Of a DNA stretch of 64,000 nucleotides, positions 39,205-50,601 are shown one piece after another. Made by a program: the position numbers and the translations under genes. Each line of letters begins with the position of its first letter. Position 1 is the first letter of the stretch. A model generated the notes under the pieces. It was not told the origin of the DNA. It was given only the letters and a program-made list of their open reading frames with translations, and ran no database searches. The stretch comes from Bacteroidota bacterium (GTDB lineage Bacteria; Bacteroidota; Ignavibacteria; SZUA-365), in NCBI GenBank assembly GCA_014860565.1, contig JACZJN010000071.1, forward strand, positions 1,184-65,183. The letters are read 5' to 3'.

Positions 39205-40404
39205 TTACACCCGGTCGGTGAGTGCGTCGAGGCCCGGCAGCGTTTTGCCTTCGAGCAGTTCGAGCGAAGCGCCGCCGCCTGTGGAAACGTGACTCACCTC
39301 GTGTTCGAGTCCCGCCTGGTTGATCGCCGCGGCCGAATCGCCGCCGCCGATCACGGTGATGGCACCGTTTTTTGTGGCCTGGACGAGAGCGTCCGCCACG
39401 GCGAAGGTGCCGCGGGCGAAGTTCGGCATTTCAAAGACGCCCATCGGACCGTTCCAAACAATCGTTTTCGCATCCGCGATGTGCCTGGCGAACAGAGCGA
39501 TGGATTCCGGGCCTATGTCGAGTCCCATCATGTCCGCCGGGATTTCAGAAACGGGTACCGTGAGTATTTCGGTTTCGTTACTGAATTCCTTTCCCACGAC
39601 CGTGTCTATAGGAAGCAGCAGCTGTTTATTGTCTCTCGAGGCCTGATCGAGAATCTGCCTGGCGAGTTCGAGCTTGTCTTCCTCGAGCAGCGAGCGGCCG
39701 ATTTCGAAGCCCTGTGCTTTGAGGAAGGTAAACATCATGCCGCCGCCGATCAGCAGCGTGTCGACTTTCCGCAGGAGATTTGAAATGACGTCGATTTTCC
39801 CGGAGATTTTCGCTCCCCCCAGAATGGCAAGATAAGGACGTTCGGGATTGCCCACCGCTCGGCCGAGATAATCGATCTCCTTTTCCATCAGGAGCCCAGC
39901 CAGCGCGGGTTTGAGAAAATGCGTCACGCCTTCGGTGGAAGCATGAGCGCGGTGCGCGGTGCCGAATGCGTCGTTGACGTACACGTCGCCGAGTTCGGCG
40001 AGTGCGCGCGCGAAATGCGGGTCGTTTGCTTCTTCCTCCGCATGGAAGCGGAGGTTTTCGAGCAGCAGCACGTCGCCCGGTTGCAGGGCCGCTGCCATGG
40101 CTTCAACCTCTCCGCCGATGCAGTCCGGTGCGAAGCCGACCGGACGGCCAAGCAGTTCAGACAGGCGTGCGGCCACCGGACGCAGGCTGTAAGCGGGATT
40201 GACCTTGCCTTTCGGTCTGCCGAGATGACTCATGAGAATAACGGCGGCACCACGCTCAATCATTGCATTGATGGTAGGCAGACTCGCCTCGATGCGCGTA
40301 TCGTCCGTGATCACCTGATCGGCGTTGAGAGGAACGTTGAAATCGACGCGGGTCAGGGCGCGTTTTCCCTGCAGCGCCGCGTCACGGATGGTCATTTTAT
40401 TCAT
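39205..40404 (-). CDS. pgk: Phosphoglycerate kinase
   Basis: [28 protein letters not shown]. Confidence 0.97.
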   Translation of the reverse strand: MNKMTIRDAALQGKRALTRVDFNVPLNADQVITDDTRIEASLPTINAMIERGAAVILMSHLGRPKGKVNPAYSLRPVAARLSELLGRPVGFAPDCIGGEVEAMAAALQPGDVLLLENLRFHAEEEANDPHFARALAELGDVYVNDAFGTAHRAHASTEGVTHFLKPALAGLLMEKEIDYLGRAVGNPERPYLAILGGAKISGKIDVISNLLRKVDTLLIGGGMMFTFLKAQGFEIGRSLLEEDKLELARQILDQASRDNKQLLLPIDTVVGKEFSNETEILTVPVSEIPADMMGLDIGPESIALFARHIADAKTIVWNGPMGVFEMPNFARGTFAVADALVQATKNGAITVIGGGDSAAAINQAGLEHEVSHVSTGGGASLELLEGKTLPGLDALTDRV

Positions 40405-40518
40405 TGCATGCTCCTGTGGAATCGTGCAGATACGCGAAAAACCTACGAAAACCTGAGGCTCAAACAAAAAGTGACCTGCAGGAATGCTGCAGGCCACCAG
40501 AATTCTTCCACGCGGCGA

Positions 40519-41509
<991 letters not shown>

Positions 41510-41699
41510 AGTGCGTTCCCGTGCTTGTGGAGTGTGTTGTTGTTGCTCAATGCCTTCAACTTAGGTCGGGTGCCGACGAAAGTCAATTGTTAACCTAACG
41601 TGTCCGTTTTCAAAATCGTGCCCGGCGGAAGCATACAGTTCTTGTAGGGCGCAGACAACGATCCGGAATCTGTCGCTGTATTCCTGGTGACCGCCAGGG

Positions 41700-43094
41700 C
41701 TATTTTCTGAGCAGCTGCTGCCTGATCAGCAGATCTTCTGCGTCACGGGCCTTGCGAACGGCGTCCGCCTCAGTGGTGTTGCCGACTTTGCGGAGCGCGA
41801 ATTCCAGCAGACCGGTGAGTGTGTCACGGATGCCGATGCGGGTGTCCTGGTCCTGGATCTGCAGCCAGGCATGCTGCTCGTTGAGTCTGCGAAGGCGATG
41901 CACGATCTGTCCCGGCCTCGCCGAATCCTTCATCGCGCGAAGATTCACCCGGCGCAGGTAGGATGTCACGTTGATGTTGGGATCGTCGCCATCGCCATGC
42001 ATGCGCTGCACGCGATCCAGTGTCGCGTTGACTGTCGCGGAATCGGCGACCATCTGCTTGAGGCGGATATTGCTCCCCGAAAGCATGCGCAGACGCACGG
42101 CGTCGGCGCGGTGATGGGGGAATCCTTTCTTCTCGAGATTGTACACCATGCCGAGACAGAACTCCCGTGTCAGATTCGTCGTGAGGAAATTCAGTCCCGA
42201 CGAAATGATCAGATCACCGGTCCCGCCAGTGAGCAGCGGGAACTTGTCGATCAGGTTCTGCCGCATGAATACGGCCTGGTTATGTGCGCGCTGGATGTCG
42301 CCGCCCGGCAGCGTCCGGCGTGTACGCAGGAATTGCAGGGTCTTGACCGGTTCCTTGTAGCCGAGGATTTCGAGAATGCCCATGGCCTGGCTGAAGCCGA
42401 CTTCTATGTAGTAGTTCACCGGACCACGTTTGGCCAGATCGCTGACTTTGCGCATGAGATTGCCGTTGCCGGGCAACTTGGCGTTCGCGATGATGTTGAA
42501 GCTCGTGGTGTCGGGATATCCGAGATCGACGTACGTGTCGCGTGGAATGGACATGATTTCCACCACGGCGGAATCGGGATTGATCGTCACCAGATGCAGC
42601 GCGTCGGCCCGGGCATCACGCGCGGAAAGACGCGAGTCGATGCCGATGATCAGAATGTTGATCAGACGTCCGCGTATCGGCGGCAGGCTGGATATGTTCG
42701 AGAGCTGCTGCTGGAGAGTGGAGTCCTCGAGCAGGGGACGCACAGGCAGGCGCGCCCGGCGCTCGTCACTGAGACGCTCGAGGTCGGACTGCGTCGTGTC
42801 GTCGGGACCGTGCTCCACGGCGGATTCGCGCACATGCTCGGCTGCTTTCTCGAGAGACTCCTCCTTCGCCCAGAAATACACTTCGTCGGTTGCGTTTTTT
42901 GCAAGACGCAATAGCGAACGCATCGCGGCGCCCGGACCGGCAATGCCGGGCATCATAGAAGCCAGCAGCCCCCATCCCGCTACGATGATGAGCAACCAGA
43001 AGGCCCAGCGTACGATCAACGTGAAGACGCGGCCGGTCTTTCCCTGTTGTTGTTCCTGTTCTTTGTCTGCGTGTATTTCCGGATCGGACTGCAT
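41700..43094 (-). CDS. LCP (LytR-CpsA-Psr) family protein
   Basis: One TM; IGIDSR...RAD, SIPRD, FLRTR...GDIQR..NQ. Confidence 0.85.
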   Translation of the reverse strand: MQSDPEIHADKEQEQQQGKTGRVFTLIVRWAFWLLIIVAGWGLLASMMPGIAGPGAAMRSLLRLAKNATDEVYFWAKEESLEKAAEHVRESAVEHGPDDTTQSDLERLSDERRARLPVRPLLEDSTLQQQLSNISSLPPIRGRLINILIIGIDSRLSARDARADALHLVTINPDSAVVEIMSIPRDTYVDLGYPDTTSFNIIANAKLPGNGNLMRKVSDLAKRGPVNYYIEVGFSQAMGILEILGYKEPVKTLQFLRTRRTLPGGDIQRAHNQAVFMRQNLIDKFPLLTGGTGDLIISSGLNFLTTNLTREFCLGMVYNLEKKGFPHHRADAVRLRMLSGSNIRLKQMVADSATVNATLDRVQRMHGDGDDPNINVTSYLRRVNLRAMKDSARPGQIVHRLRRLNEQHAWLQIQDQDTRIGIRDTLTGLLEFALRKVGNTTEADAVRKARDAEDLLIRQQLLRK

Positions 43095-43097
43095 GCG

Positions 43098-44978
43098 CTA
43101 CTTGACGTTGAAATATTTTGCTTCGGGGTGGTGCACGATAATGGCACTGGTGCTTTGCTCGGGAACCAGCTGATACTCTTCCGTCAGCGTGATGCCGATG
43201 CGCTCGGGGCGGAGGAGAGCGAAGAGCTGTGTCTGGTCTTCAAGATTCGGACATGCCGGGTAGCCGAAGGAGTAACGGGAACCCTGGTATCCCTGTGAAA
43301 ACAGGCGCCTCATCTCGGTCGCATCCCTGTCACCGATGCCCAGCTCCGTGCGTACCGACTTATGCCAGTACTCGGCCAGCGCCTCGGCGCTCTCGACGGT
43401 GAGTCCATGGATATAAAGATAGTCCTGATACTTGTCCTGAGCGAAAAGCGCGGCCGTGTATTCACTGGCATAGCCGCCCATTGTCACGATGTGGAAGGCG
43501 CAGACATCCATGGCGCCCTCTTCCGCCGCGCGGAAAAAGTCCGCTATGCAAAGATAACGGTCGCCGCCCTGCCGTGGAAATGAGAAACGCTGCCATTCGA
43601 CAAGCTCTTCAAGGATGTAGTCGGTGCGCGGCCAGGGAGCGTGCAGGGAGTCTTCATCGAGATCGCGGGGGCGAAACACCACCAGGTCGTTCCCATCTGC
43701 CTGGCACGGGAAATAACCGTAGACCAGGGCGGGCCGCAGCACGTTTTCGCGTTTGAGCCGCAGCTTCAGTTCGTCGAGGCGCGGACGAACGACAGTCTCG
43801 AGTTCGTGCTGATACTCTTCCTCGCTGCGCTTGCCGCGGCGAAACTGCCACTGTCCGCGCACGAGGGCAACCTCGTTGATGTACTCGTAGATTTTATCGA
43901 TCGACACGTCGTCCACAATTTTTGATCCGAAGAACGGAGCCTTCGGAACAGGTGCGTCGCGCGCCACTTCCGAACGGAGCAGGTACGCCGGACGCCCAAG
44001 TCTGTTGGCTGCAATGCTGCGGTGGCCTTCCGCATGCTTTTCCTGCGCGTCACGCAAATGGATTGCTGTTTCCATTGCCGCACCTCCCGGACGTCCTTCC
44101 CGGGCGGCGTCAACAGGGAACTGCGCATCGAATTCCTGCGCCGCGGCTATCTTCGCTTCCATGCCGGAGAGTTCCTCGTTCGTGTCGGCGCTCTCCGTCA
44201 GATGGTCGGTCCCGTCAGGGAAAAGGCGGCCGGCCGCGAGATCCTCCATGAAATGCAGTCCGTCGAACGCATCCTTCGCATAGCGCACGGTGCCGCCATA
44301 CAGGGGCTGCAGGTCATTGGTGACGAATCGCCGGTTCAGCGCCGCGCCGCCGAGAATCACCGGCGTGGTGATTCCACGCTGGTGCATCAGTTCGAGATTC
44401 TCTTTCATGATGAGAGTGGATTTGACGAGAAGCCCGCTCATGCCGATTGCATCCGCGTGCTGTTCGGCCGCGGTAGCGAGCATCTGTTCGACCGGTACTT
44501 TGATGCCGAGATTGATGACGCGGAAGCCGTTGTTGCTCAGGATGATGTCGACGAGGTTTTTCCCGATATCATGCACGTCGCCTTTGACCGTCGCCAGCAC
44601 GATGATTCCCTTCGCCGCGGTATCGATTTTTTCCATATGCGGTTCGAGCAGCGCGACCGCGGTTTTCATGGTTTCGGCCGACTGCAGCACGAAGGGCAAC
44701 TGCATCTGTCCCGAACCGAAAAGCTCACCGACCGTTTTCATTCCGTCGAGCAGAATGTTGTTGATGATGTCAAGCGCTTCATATTTCTGCAGCGCTGCGT
44801 CGAGGTCCCGGTCGAGACCGATGCGATCGCCGTCGATAATGCGGCGCTTGAGCTTTTCTTCTATAGTAGCGGCTGCCTCCTGATCCACGTTGCGGACCGA
44901 CTGCCCGCTGCCGGTGAAATGTTCCATGAACGCGATGAGCGGATCGTAGATGCAGTTTTTCTCCTGCTTTTGCGTCAT
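43098..44978 (-). CDS. metH: Methionine synthase C-terminal half (cap, cobalamin-binding and activation domains)
   Basis: LPFVLQSAE, GDVHDIGKN, SGLL, GGAA, RYSFGYPACP; no Hcy- or pterin-binding domains. Confidence 0.88.
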   Translation of the reverse strand: MTQKQEKNCIYDPLIAFMEHFTGSGQSVRNVDQEAAATIEEKLKRRIIDGDRIGLDRDLDAALQKYEALDIINNILLDGMKTVGELFGSGQMQLPFVLQSAETMKTAVALLEPHMEKIDTAAKGIIVLATVKGDVHDIGKNLVDIILSNNGFRVINLGIKVPVEQMLATAAEQHADAIGMSGLLVKSTLIMKENLELMHQRGITTPVILGGAALNRRFVTNDLQPLYGGTVRYAKDAFDGLHFMEDLAAGRLFPDGTDHLTESADTNEELSGMEAKIAAAQEFDAQFPVDAAREGRPGGAAMETAIHLRDAQEKHAEGHRSIAANRLGRPAYLLRSEVARDAPVPKAPFFGSKIVDDVSIDKIYEYINEVALVRGQWQFRRGKRSEEEYQHELETVVRPRLDELKLRLKRENVLRPALVYGYFPCQADGNDLVVFRPRDLDEDSLHAPWPRTDYILEELVEWQRFSFPRQGGDRYLCIADFFRAAEEGAMDVCAFHIVTMGGYASEYTAALFAQDKYQDYLYIHGLTVESAEALAEYWHKSVRTELGIGDRDATEMRRLFSQGYQGSRYSFGYPACPNLEDQTQLFALLRPERIGITLTEEYQLVPEQSTSAIIVHHPEAKYFNVK

Positions 44979-45107
44979 TAATGACCTTTAGATTTTTTCA
45001 TCTGAAACTTTTCTTCATCCGTCGAATGTTCTATTTTGAGCTACCATCGCGTATCATATTTCAAGACCGCACTCTCTGCTCATCATGAATTTTCGATGAA
45101 CAGGGTA

Positions 45108-45136
45108 TTGACAAAGCCAAAAAAAGACCTTACTTT
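45108..45136 (+). promoter_or_regulatory. sigma70-type promoter for the Rrf2 gene
   Basis: TTGACA-N17-TACTTT. Confidence 0.6.
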
Positions 45137-45197
45137 TCCTACTAAAAGGTAATCAAATCTTTATTTATTTTTACCCACTAGCAAGGAGTCACGCCTC

Positions 45198-45752
45198 GTG
45201 TTGTACTCAAAGACCGCACAGTATTCAATCCAGTCCATGCTCTTCATCGCAGCCAACAACTCGGAGCACAATATCCTGGTGCGCGATGTTGCCAAGGAAC
45301 TGGGTCTGCCTTCATCCTTCCTGAGCAAGATTCTCCAGACGCTCAGCCGGTATGGATTCCTCAACTCGGTGAAAGGACCCAAGGGCGGGTTCTCTCTCTC
45401 CGAGAAGGGTGCCGGGTCCACAATTGCCGAACTCGTCGCCGTCGTCGATGGACCGATGAATTTCGACATGTGCCTCGCAGGCTTCAGCCCGTGCAGCGAA
45501 GAGAACGCCTGTCCGTTCCATCACGATTGGAAGCGCATTCGCGAAGAGATTCGTGAGCTGGTCAACAGCAAAGCGATTTTCGAACTCGCCAAGGAAATGC
45601 CGATCCGCTATCGTACGCTGCTCGCAGGTATCACACCGGTCGTTGAAGAAAAACCGAAGAAAGCTCCTGTGAAAAAGGTTGCCGCGAAAAAACCCGTGGC
45701 CAAGAAAGCCGCTCCGGCCAAGAAAGCCGCGCCCGCGAAAAAGAAGAAATAA
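45198..45752 (+). CDS. Rrf2 family regulator with 3 Cys and a Lys/Ala/Pro-rich tail
   Basis: SVKGPKGGF, C-x6-C-x5-C-PFH, KKAAPAKK repeats. Confidence 0.92.
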   Translation: MLYSKTAQYSIQSMLFIAANNSEHNILVRDVAKELGLPSSFLSKILQTLSRYGFLNSVKGPKGGFSLSEKGAGSTIAELVAVVDGPMNFDMCLAGFSPCSEENACPFHHDWKRIREEIRELVNSKAIFELAKEMPIRYRTLLAGITPVVEEKPKKAPVKKVAAKKPVAKKAAPAKKAAPAKKKK

Positions 45753-45781
45753 TCTCTTCCAGACGAAGATCTTTCCGGAAT

Positions 45782-45815
45782 ACCGGGACTGCCATGCGCG
45801 GTCCCGGTTTTTTTT
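45782..45815 (+). terminator. Intrinsic terminator
   Basis: ACCGGGAC...GTCCCGGT plus T-tract. Confidence 0.85.
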
Positions 45816-45958
45816 AGTCCCGGCAGTCGGCCGTCAGTCAACGCTCCCGGCATGGGGCGCCCGTTCGCACTTGTTTCTGCCAAATTGACTATCTATTTTA
45901 CTAATCTATAAAATTTTCTTGCATATTTCACTGCCAATTTGACAGATATAACGAGAAC

Positions 45959-47284
45959 ATGCGCCGATCGATATATATAGAGACCTATGGCTGCCAGATG
46001 AATTTCGCTGATACGGAAATCGTCAACGGCATTCTCAACGAGCAAGGCTATGAGCTGGCAGCGGACCTTGAGTCCGCCGACGCCATTTTCGTGAACACCT
46101 GTGCGATCCGGGACAATGCCGAGCAGCGGATTTACGGACGGCTCTCCAACTTCGAGCACCTCAAGAAACGGAACCCGCACCTGGTGGTCGGCATTCTTGG
46201 CTGCATGGCCGAGCGGCTGCGAGAGAATCTGCTCGAGCAGAAATCCGTCGTCGACATCGTATGCGGTCCCGATGAATATCGCAAGCTGCCGGCACTGATC
46301 GACGAGGCCTTCCAGGGCGAGAAGGGTATTCGCACGCAGCTCTCGCGCGTGGAAACCTACGACGATATCGTGCCGCTGCGCACCGAAGGTATCAGCGCCT
46401 GGGTCTCGGTGATGCGCGGATGCGACAAGTTCTGCACGTTCTGCGTCGTGCCCTTCACGCGGGGACGCGAGCGCAGCCGGACGCTGGAGGGTGTGGTGAG
46501 CGAGGTCCGTGATCTCGCGGCGCGCGGTTTCCGTGAAGTCACGCTGCTCGGACAGAACGTCAATTCGTATAGCGACGGCGAACATGATTTCGCCTCCCTG
46601 CTGACCGCTGTCGCGGCAATTGACCCGCGGCTGCGGGTGCGATTCACGACCTCGCATCCTCAGGATATGTCCGATCGGTTGATCGAGGCCATCGCCGCGC
46701 ATGAGAACATCTGCAGCTACATCCATCTGCCGTTCCAGTCAGGGTCGGATCGCGTTCTTGAACTGATGAACCGTACCTACACGCGCGAGCACTATCTCGA
46801 TCTCGTGCGGCGTATCAAGGAGCGCATACCCGGTGTGGCACTGTCAACGGACATCATCGCCGGTTTCCCGACCGAGACCGAAGAGGATCACCGCGAGACG
46901 CTCGCATTGCTCGAGGAGGTACGCTTCGACGGAGCCTACATGTTCAAGTACTCGCCGCGAGAGAAGACCCGCGCCTGGAAAATGGGCGACGACGTGCCTG
47001 ATGAAGTGAAGGGCCGTCGGCTCGAGGAAATCATCGACCTTCAGCGCAGGATTTCCTATGAAATCAACCAGGCAATGATCGGCGGCAATGAGCGGATTCT
47101 ACTCGAAGGACCCAGCAAGCGTTCGGATGCCGAATGGCTGGGTCGCACCGATGCCAACAAATCCGTCATCATTCCGAAAGCGGAGTTCGCCGTGGGCGAC
47201 TACGTGGATGTTCGCATTGTCAGCGCCACTTCGGCGACCCTGTTTGGCACGATTGTCAGCCAAGTCGTCACCGAAGCAGCCTGA
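45959..47284 (+). CDS. miaB: tRNA-i6A37 methylthiotransferase
   Basis: ETYGCQMN, CDKFCTFC, TRAM domain. Confidence 0.96.
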   Translation: MRRSIYIETYGCQMNFADTEIVNGILNEQGYELAADLESADAIFVNTCAIRDNAEQRIYGRLSNFEHLKKRNPHLVVGILGCMAERLRENLLEQKSVVDIVCGPDEYRKLPALIDEAFQGEKGIRTQLSRVETYDDIVPLRTEGISAWVSVMRGCDKFCTFCVVPFTRGRERSRTLEGVVSEVRDLAARGFREVTLLGQNVNSYSDGEHDFASLLTAVAAIDPRLRVRFTTSHPQDMSDRLIEAIAAHENICSYIHLPFQSGSDRVLELMNRTYTREHYLDLVRRIKERIPGVALSTDIIAGFPTETEEDHRETLALLEEVRFDGAYMFKYSPREKTRAWKMGDDVPDEVKGRRLEEIIDLQRRISYEINQAMIGGNERILLEGPSKRSDAEWLGRTDANKSVIIPKAEFAVGDYVDVRIVSATSATLFGTIVSQVVTEAA

Positions 47285-47308
47285 GGCAGGCGCAAGGAAG
47301 CAACCGGC

Positions 47309-48094
47309 ATGCTACCCACATTGCACAGATGTTCACGTTTCTATCTTCCCCTGATTCTCCTGGCGGCTCTTGGCCTGGCTCTGCCGGGCGGACTTGCGCA
47401 GGCACAGGCGCGGCGCGACATCGCCGTGCTCGTCACGCAGGTCAAGTCCGGTGCCGCGGCTGAAGTTGAGAAGTTGCTGCCTTCTCTGAAGAAATCGCAT
47501 CCGGATAAAGCCGGTGTCCTGTTTCTCGAAGCCCTGCTTGAAACCAACGCGGAGAAAGCCGTCGAGCTGTACCAGCGCGTCGCCGACGAGTACGCACGCA
47601 GCGAATGGGCCGATGACGCCTTATACCGTCTTTATCAGTACAGCTATGCCGTGGGCGCATATCGAACCGCCCGCTCATACACCGACCGCATGATGAAGGA
47701 GTTTCCGCAGTCGCCGTTCCTGAGCCGTGAACAGCGCGCAGCGGCTAAGACAGACGCCGGAAAAACTGCCGCGTCATCGTCTCCCTCGGGTGGACCCATG
47801 GCGGCGAAAGACCCCACGACTGCGAAGTCCACACCGGCGACCATAAAAGAAAACGACTCGGCCAAGAGCTATGCCGTGCAGGTAGGTGCATATGCGCGCG
47901 AAGCCGATGCCCGAAAGCAGGTGGAAGAGCTCAAGACGAAGGGCTACACCGCATATGTGCGCGAAAAGACCGTCAACAAGAAAACGGTGCAGGCGGTCTG
48001 GCTCGGGATTTTTCCCGGTTTTGATCAGGCGCAGGCATTTGCCCGCAAGTTGAAGGAACAGCAGAAAATCGACGCAATCGTCGTGCGCCGCTGA
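47309..48094 (+). CDS. Exported TPR plus SPOR domain protein
   Basis: Signal peptide, ADDALYRL, YAVQVGAY. Confidence 0.85.
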   Translation: MLPTLHRCSRFYLPLILLAALGLALPGGLAQAQARRDIAVLVTQVKSGAAAEVEKLLPSLKKSHPDKAGVLFLEALLETNAEKAVELYQRVADEYARSEWADDALYRLYQYSYAVGAYRTARSYTDRMMKEFPQSPFLSREQRAAAKTDAGKTAASSSPSGGPMAAKDPTTAKSTPATIKENDSAKSYAVQVGAYAREADARKQVEELKTKGYTAYVREKTVNKKTVQAVWLGIFPGFDQAQAFARKLKEQQKIDAIVVRR

Positions 48095-48102
48095 GGAACT
48101 CC

Positions 48103-48879
48103 ATGCGATTCATTCTTACAGGAACCGCCTCCGGTGTGCCCGTCATTCATAGGCGGCATGCCTCCCTCGTAATCGAGGACGGCAGCCAGCGTGTGCTGGT
48201 CGATGCCGGAGAAGGCTGTGCAGCGGCTCTGCTCGCCGCAGGCATCGAACTCGCGTCGCTGACCCGGGTCGTCATTTCCCACACGCACGCAGACCATGTT
48301 TCAGGGCTGCCCATGCTGCTGCAGGGTATGTATCTTGCCGGGCGCACCGAGCCGCTGCCGATCAGCGTGCCTCCCGGGCGCGTCCAGTGGTTCCGCGATT
48401 GGCTTCGCGGGATGTACGTGTTCAGCGAGAAATGGTCTTTCCCCTTCCAGGTCCAGCAGTACGGCGACATACCGGCGACGGAGGAGGGGCTGCGTATTGC
48501 GCCGTTCCCCAACCGTCATCTCGAAAAGATGCGCGAGCTCGCCGCCCGGCACGACGTCCCTGCCGCCGCCTATTCGCTGCATGTCAGCAGCCGCTGCTGT
48601 TCGGTGGTGATTTCTTCCGATATCGCAGGGCTCGATGATGTTGCCGCCGCCGCCGCGGGCAGCGACGTGCTGATTGTGGACAGCGCCCACGTGGGCCAGG
48701 ATGAAATCTTCGCCTTCGCCGCGGCGCATGAGAAGCTGACAATCATCTGCACACACATTCCTCCCGAGATAGAGCCCGGACTGATGGCACTGCGGGAGCG
48801 GAGCGGCGAGGAAGTGGGAGGCCGTGTGCTCTATGCTTACGATGGAATGCAGTACTTGCTGGAGAAAAAGGAAGAATGA
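48103..48879 (+). CDS. RNase Z-like MBL-fold hydrolase
   Basis: GTASG, DAGEG, SHTHADH, AYDG. Confidence 0.8.
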   Translation: MRFILTGTASGVPVIHRRHASLVIEDGSQRVLVDAGEGCAAALLAAGIELASLTRVVISHTHADHVSGLPMLLQGMYLAGRTEPLPISVPPGRVQWFRDWLRGMYVFSEKWSFPFQVQQYGDIPATEEGLRIAPFPNRHLEKMRELAARHDVPAAAYSLHVSSRCCSVVISSDIAGLDDVAAAAAGSDVLIVDSAHVGQDEIFAFAAAHEKLTIICTHIPPEIEPGLMALRERSGEEVGGRVLYAYDGMQYLLEKKEE

Positions 48880-50036
48880 GCGACGTCACCGCAGGAGCGA
48901 CCAATATTTCCCCGGGCGATCGCCAGGCCTTTCAGCGCCGCCACGGTATTATCGGCAGAAGCACGGAAATCCGTGAGGTCGTCGATACGATCATGCAGGT
49001 GGCCCCCACCGACATTACCGTGCTGGTGACAGGTGAAAGCGGCACAGGCAAGGAAGTCATCGCGAAAGCCATTCACGGTGCCAGCCGCCGCGCAGCGCGC
49101 CGGTTCATTCCGGTCAACTGCGGTGCCATCCCCGAAGGTATTCTCGAGAGCGAACTCTTCGGACATGAGAAGGGCTCGTTCACCGGCGCCGTGGAAACCC
49201 GCAAAGGCTACTTCGAACTGGCCGACGGCGGAACGATCTTTCTTGATGAAATCGGCGACACGCCGATCTCGACACAGGTCAAACTGCTGCGCGTTCTGGA
49301 AAGCGGTGAATTCATGCGGGTCGGCAGCTCCGAGCCCAGGAAATCCGATGTGCGCATCATCGCCGCCACCAATAAAAGCCTCGATGAGGAAGTGCGCAGC
49401 AAGCGATTCCGGCAGGATCTCTATTTCCGTCTGCGTTCGGTCAACATCCGTATCCCCCCGCTCCGCAATCGACGCGGCGACGTCCCGCTGCTGGTAGAGT
49501 CTTTTCTGCTCAGCCTTGCCGGCGAAGCTCGCAAAGACATCCTCATAACCGACGACGGCATGGCCGCCCTGATGAGGCACAGTTGGCCCGGAAACGTGCG
49601 CGAGCTGCGGAATGTGATCGAGAGCATCATCATACTCGAACGAGGCAATGTCGTCGACGAGCACGTGGTGGCGAAGTACCTGCATCTCATGGAGGAGCCG
49701 CACGACGAACGCTCCCTGCCCATGCACCTCGGAAAGGCTCCCGAGCAGGCCGAGCGCGAGCTGATTTTCCGCCTTCTCTGGGAAATCAAGACCGACATCC
49801 AGGAACTTCGCGGGATGGTGGGCGAGCTGCAGCACCGACCACCGCTTTCCCTCCCACCTGGAGATAACGACCATGGAGGCACGGTGAACATGGACGAGAT
49901 GACGCTGCGCGGCATGGAAGAAGAGCTGATCGCACATATGCTGCACCGCTTCCACGGCAACCGAAGGCTCGCCGCGGAGGCATTGAACATAAGTGAGCGA
50001 ACTTTGTACAGAAAAATCAAAGATTACGGACTGTGA
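48876..50036 (+). CDS. sigma54-interacting AAA+ regulator (Fis HTH), no sensory domain
   Basis: [43 protein letters not shown]. Confidence 0.93.
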   Translation: MSDVTAGATNISPGDRQAFQRRHGIIGRSTEIREVVDTIMQVAPTDITVLVTGESGTGKEVIAKAIHGASRRAARRFIPVNCGAIPEGILESELFGHEKGSFTGAVETRKGYFELADGGTIFLDEIGDTPISTQVKLLRVLESGEFMRVGSSEPRKSDVRIIAATNKSLDEEVRSKRFRQDLYFRLRSVNIRIPPLRNRRGDVPLLVESFLLSLAGEARKDILITDDGMAALMRHSWPGNVRELRNVIESIIILERGNVVDEHVVAKYLHLMEEPHDERSLPMHLGKAPEQAERELIFRLLWEIKTDIQELRGMVGELQHRPPLSLPPGDNDHGGTVNMDEMTLRGMEEELIAHMLHRFHGNRRLAAEALNISERTLYRKIKDYGL

Positions 50037-50560
50037 TGCGAAGCTTGCGTTCGTTTTGGATTATCTTGTATCTTAGTCCCATATTTCTTGCTGTCGCCAC
50101 GTTCGGCGGGTGCGCCTATTCGTTCACCGGCGCGTCCGTCCCGGCACACTGGAAATCCATTGCCGTCCCGTTGTTCGACGACGAGAGTAATTTCGGCCAG
50201 CCCTCGCTGCGTGAGGACTTGACCAACATGCTGATACAGAAGTTTCAGCAGGACAACACATTGCAGCTGGCGGACAGACAGTCGGCGAACGTCGAATTGA
50301 GAGGTGCCATCATCTCCATCATCGCAGACCAGCCCATCGCTGTGGCTCAGGGCGCGCAAGCGTCCAGGCTGCAAATCAGTCTCAAAACACGAGTCAAACT
50401 GATCGACCACGTTACCAACAAGGAAGTCTGGAGCAAGGACTTCACCGCCACCGGTGATTACACTGCTGCGTCCGGTCAGTCCGGTCGTGAGGAAGGCCTC
50501 ACCCAGGCCATGGAAAACATGACTGACGACCTCTTGCTGGAGACGGTCTCCGCGTGGTAA
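50033..50560 (+). CDS. lptE: LptE family lipoprotein
   Basis: GGC lipobox followed by YSFTGAS; position after the activator gene. Confidence 0.8.
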   Translation: MMRSLRSFWIILYLSPIFLAVATFGGCAYSFTGASVPAHWKSIAVPLFDDESNFGQPSLREDLTNMLIQKFQQDNTLQLADRQSANVELRGAIISIIADQPIAVAQGAQASRLQISLKTRVKLIDHVTNKEVWSKDFTATGDYTAASGQSGREEGLTQAMENMTDDLLLETVSAW

Positions 50561-50601
50561 ATTTGCTGTTTCATTCACTCTCCTGAGGTGAAATCTTAAT
50601 C

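Noticed and set aside
41608-41623. sigma54-like GGCACGATTTTGA upstream of gap
   Set aside because: Spacing is 9 rather than 10 nt and the -12 GC is missing.
44979-45197. Cobalamin or SAM riboswitch upstream of metH
   Set aside because: AT-rich with no recognisable B12-box or S-box core by eye.
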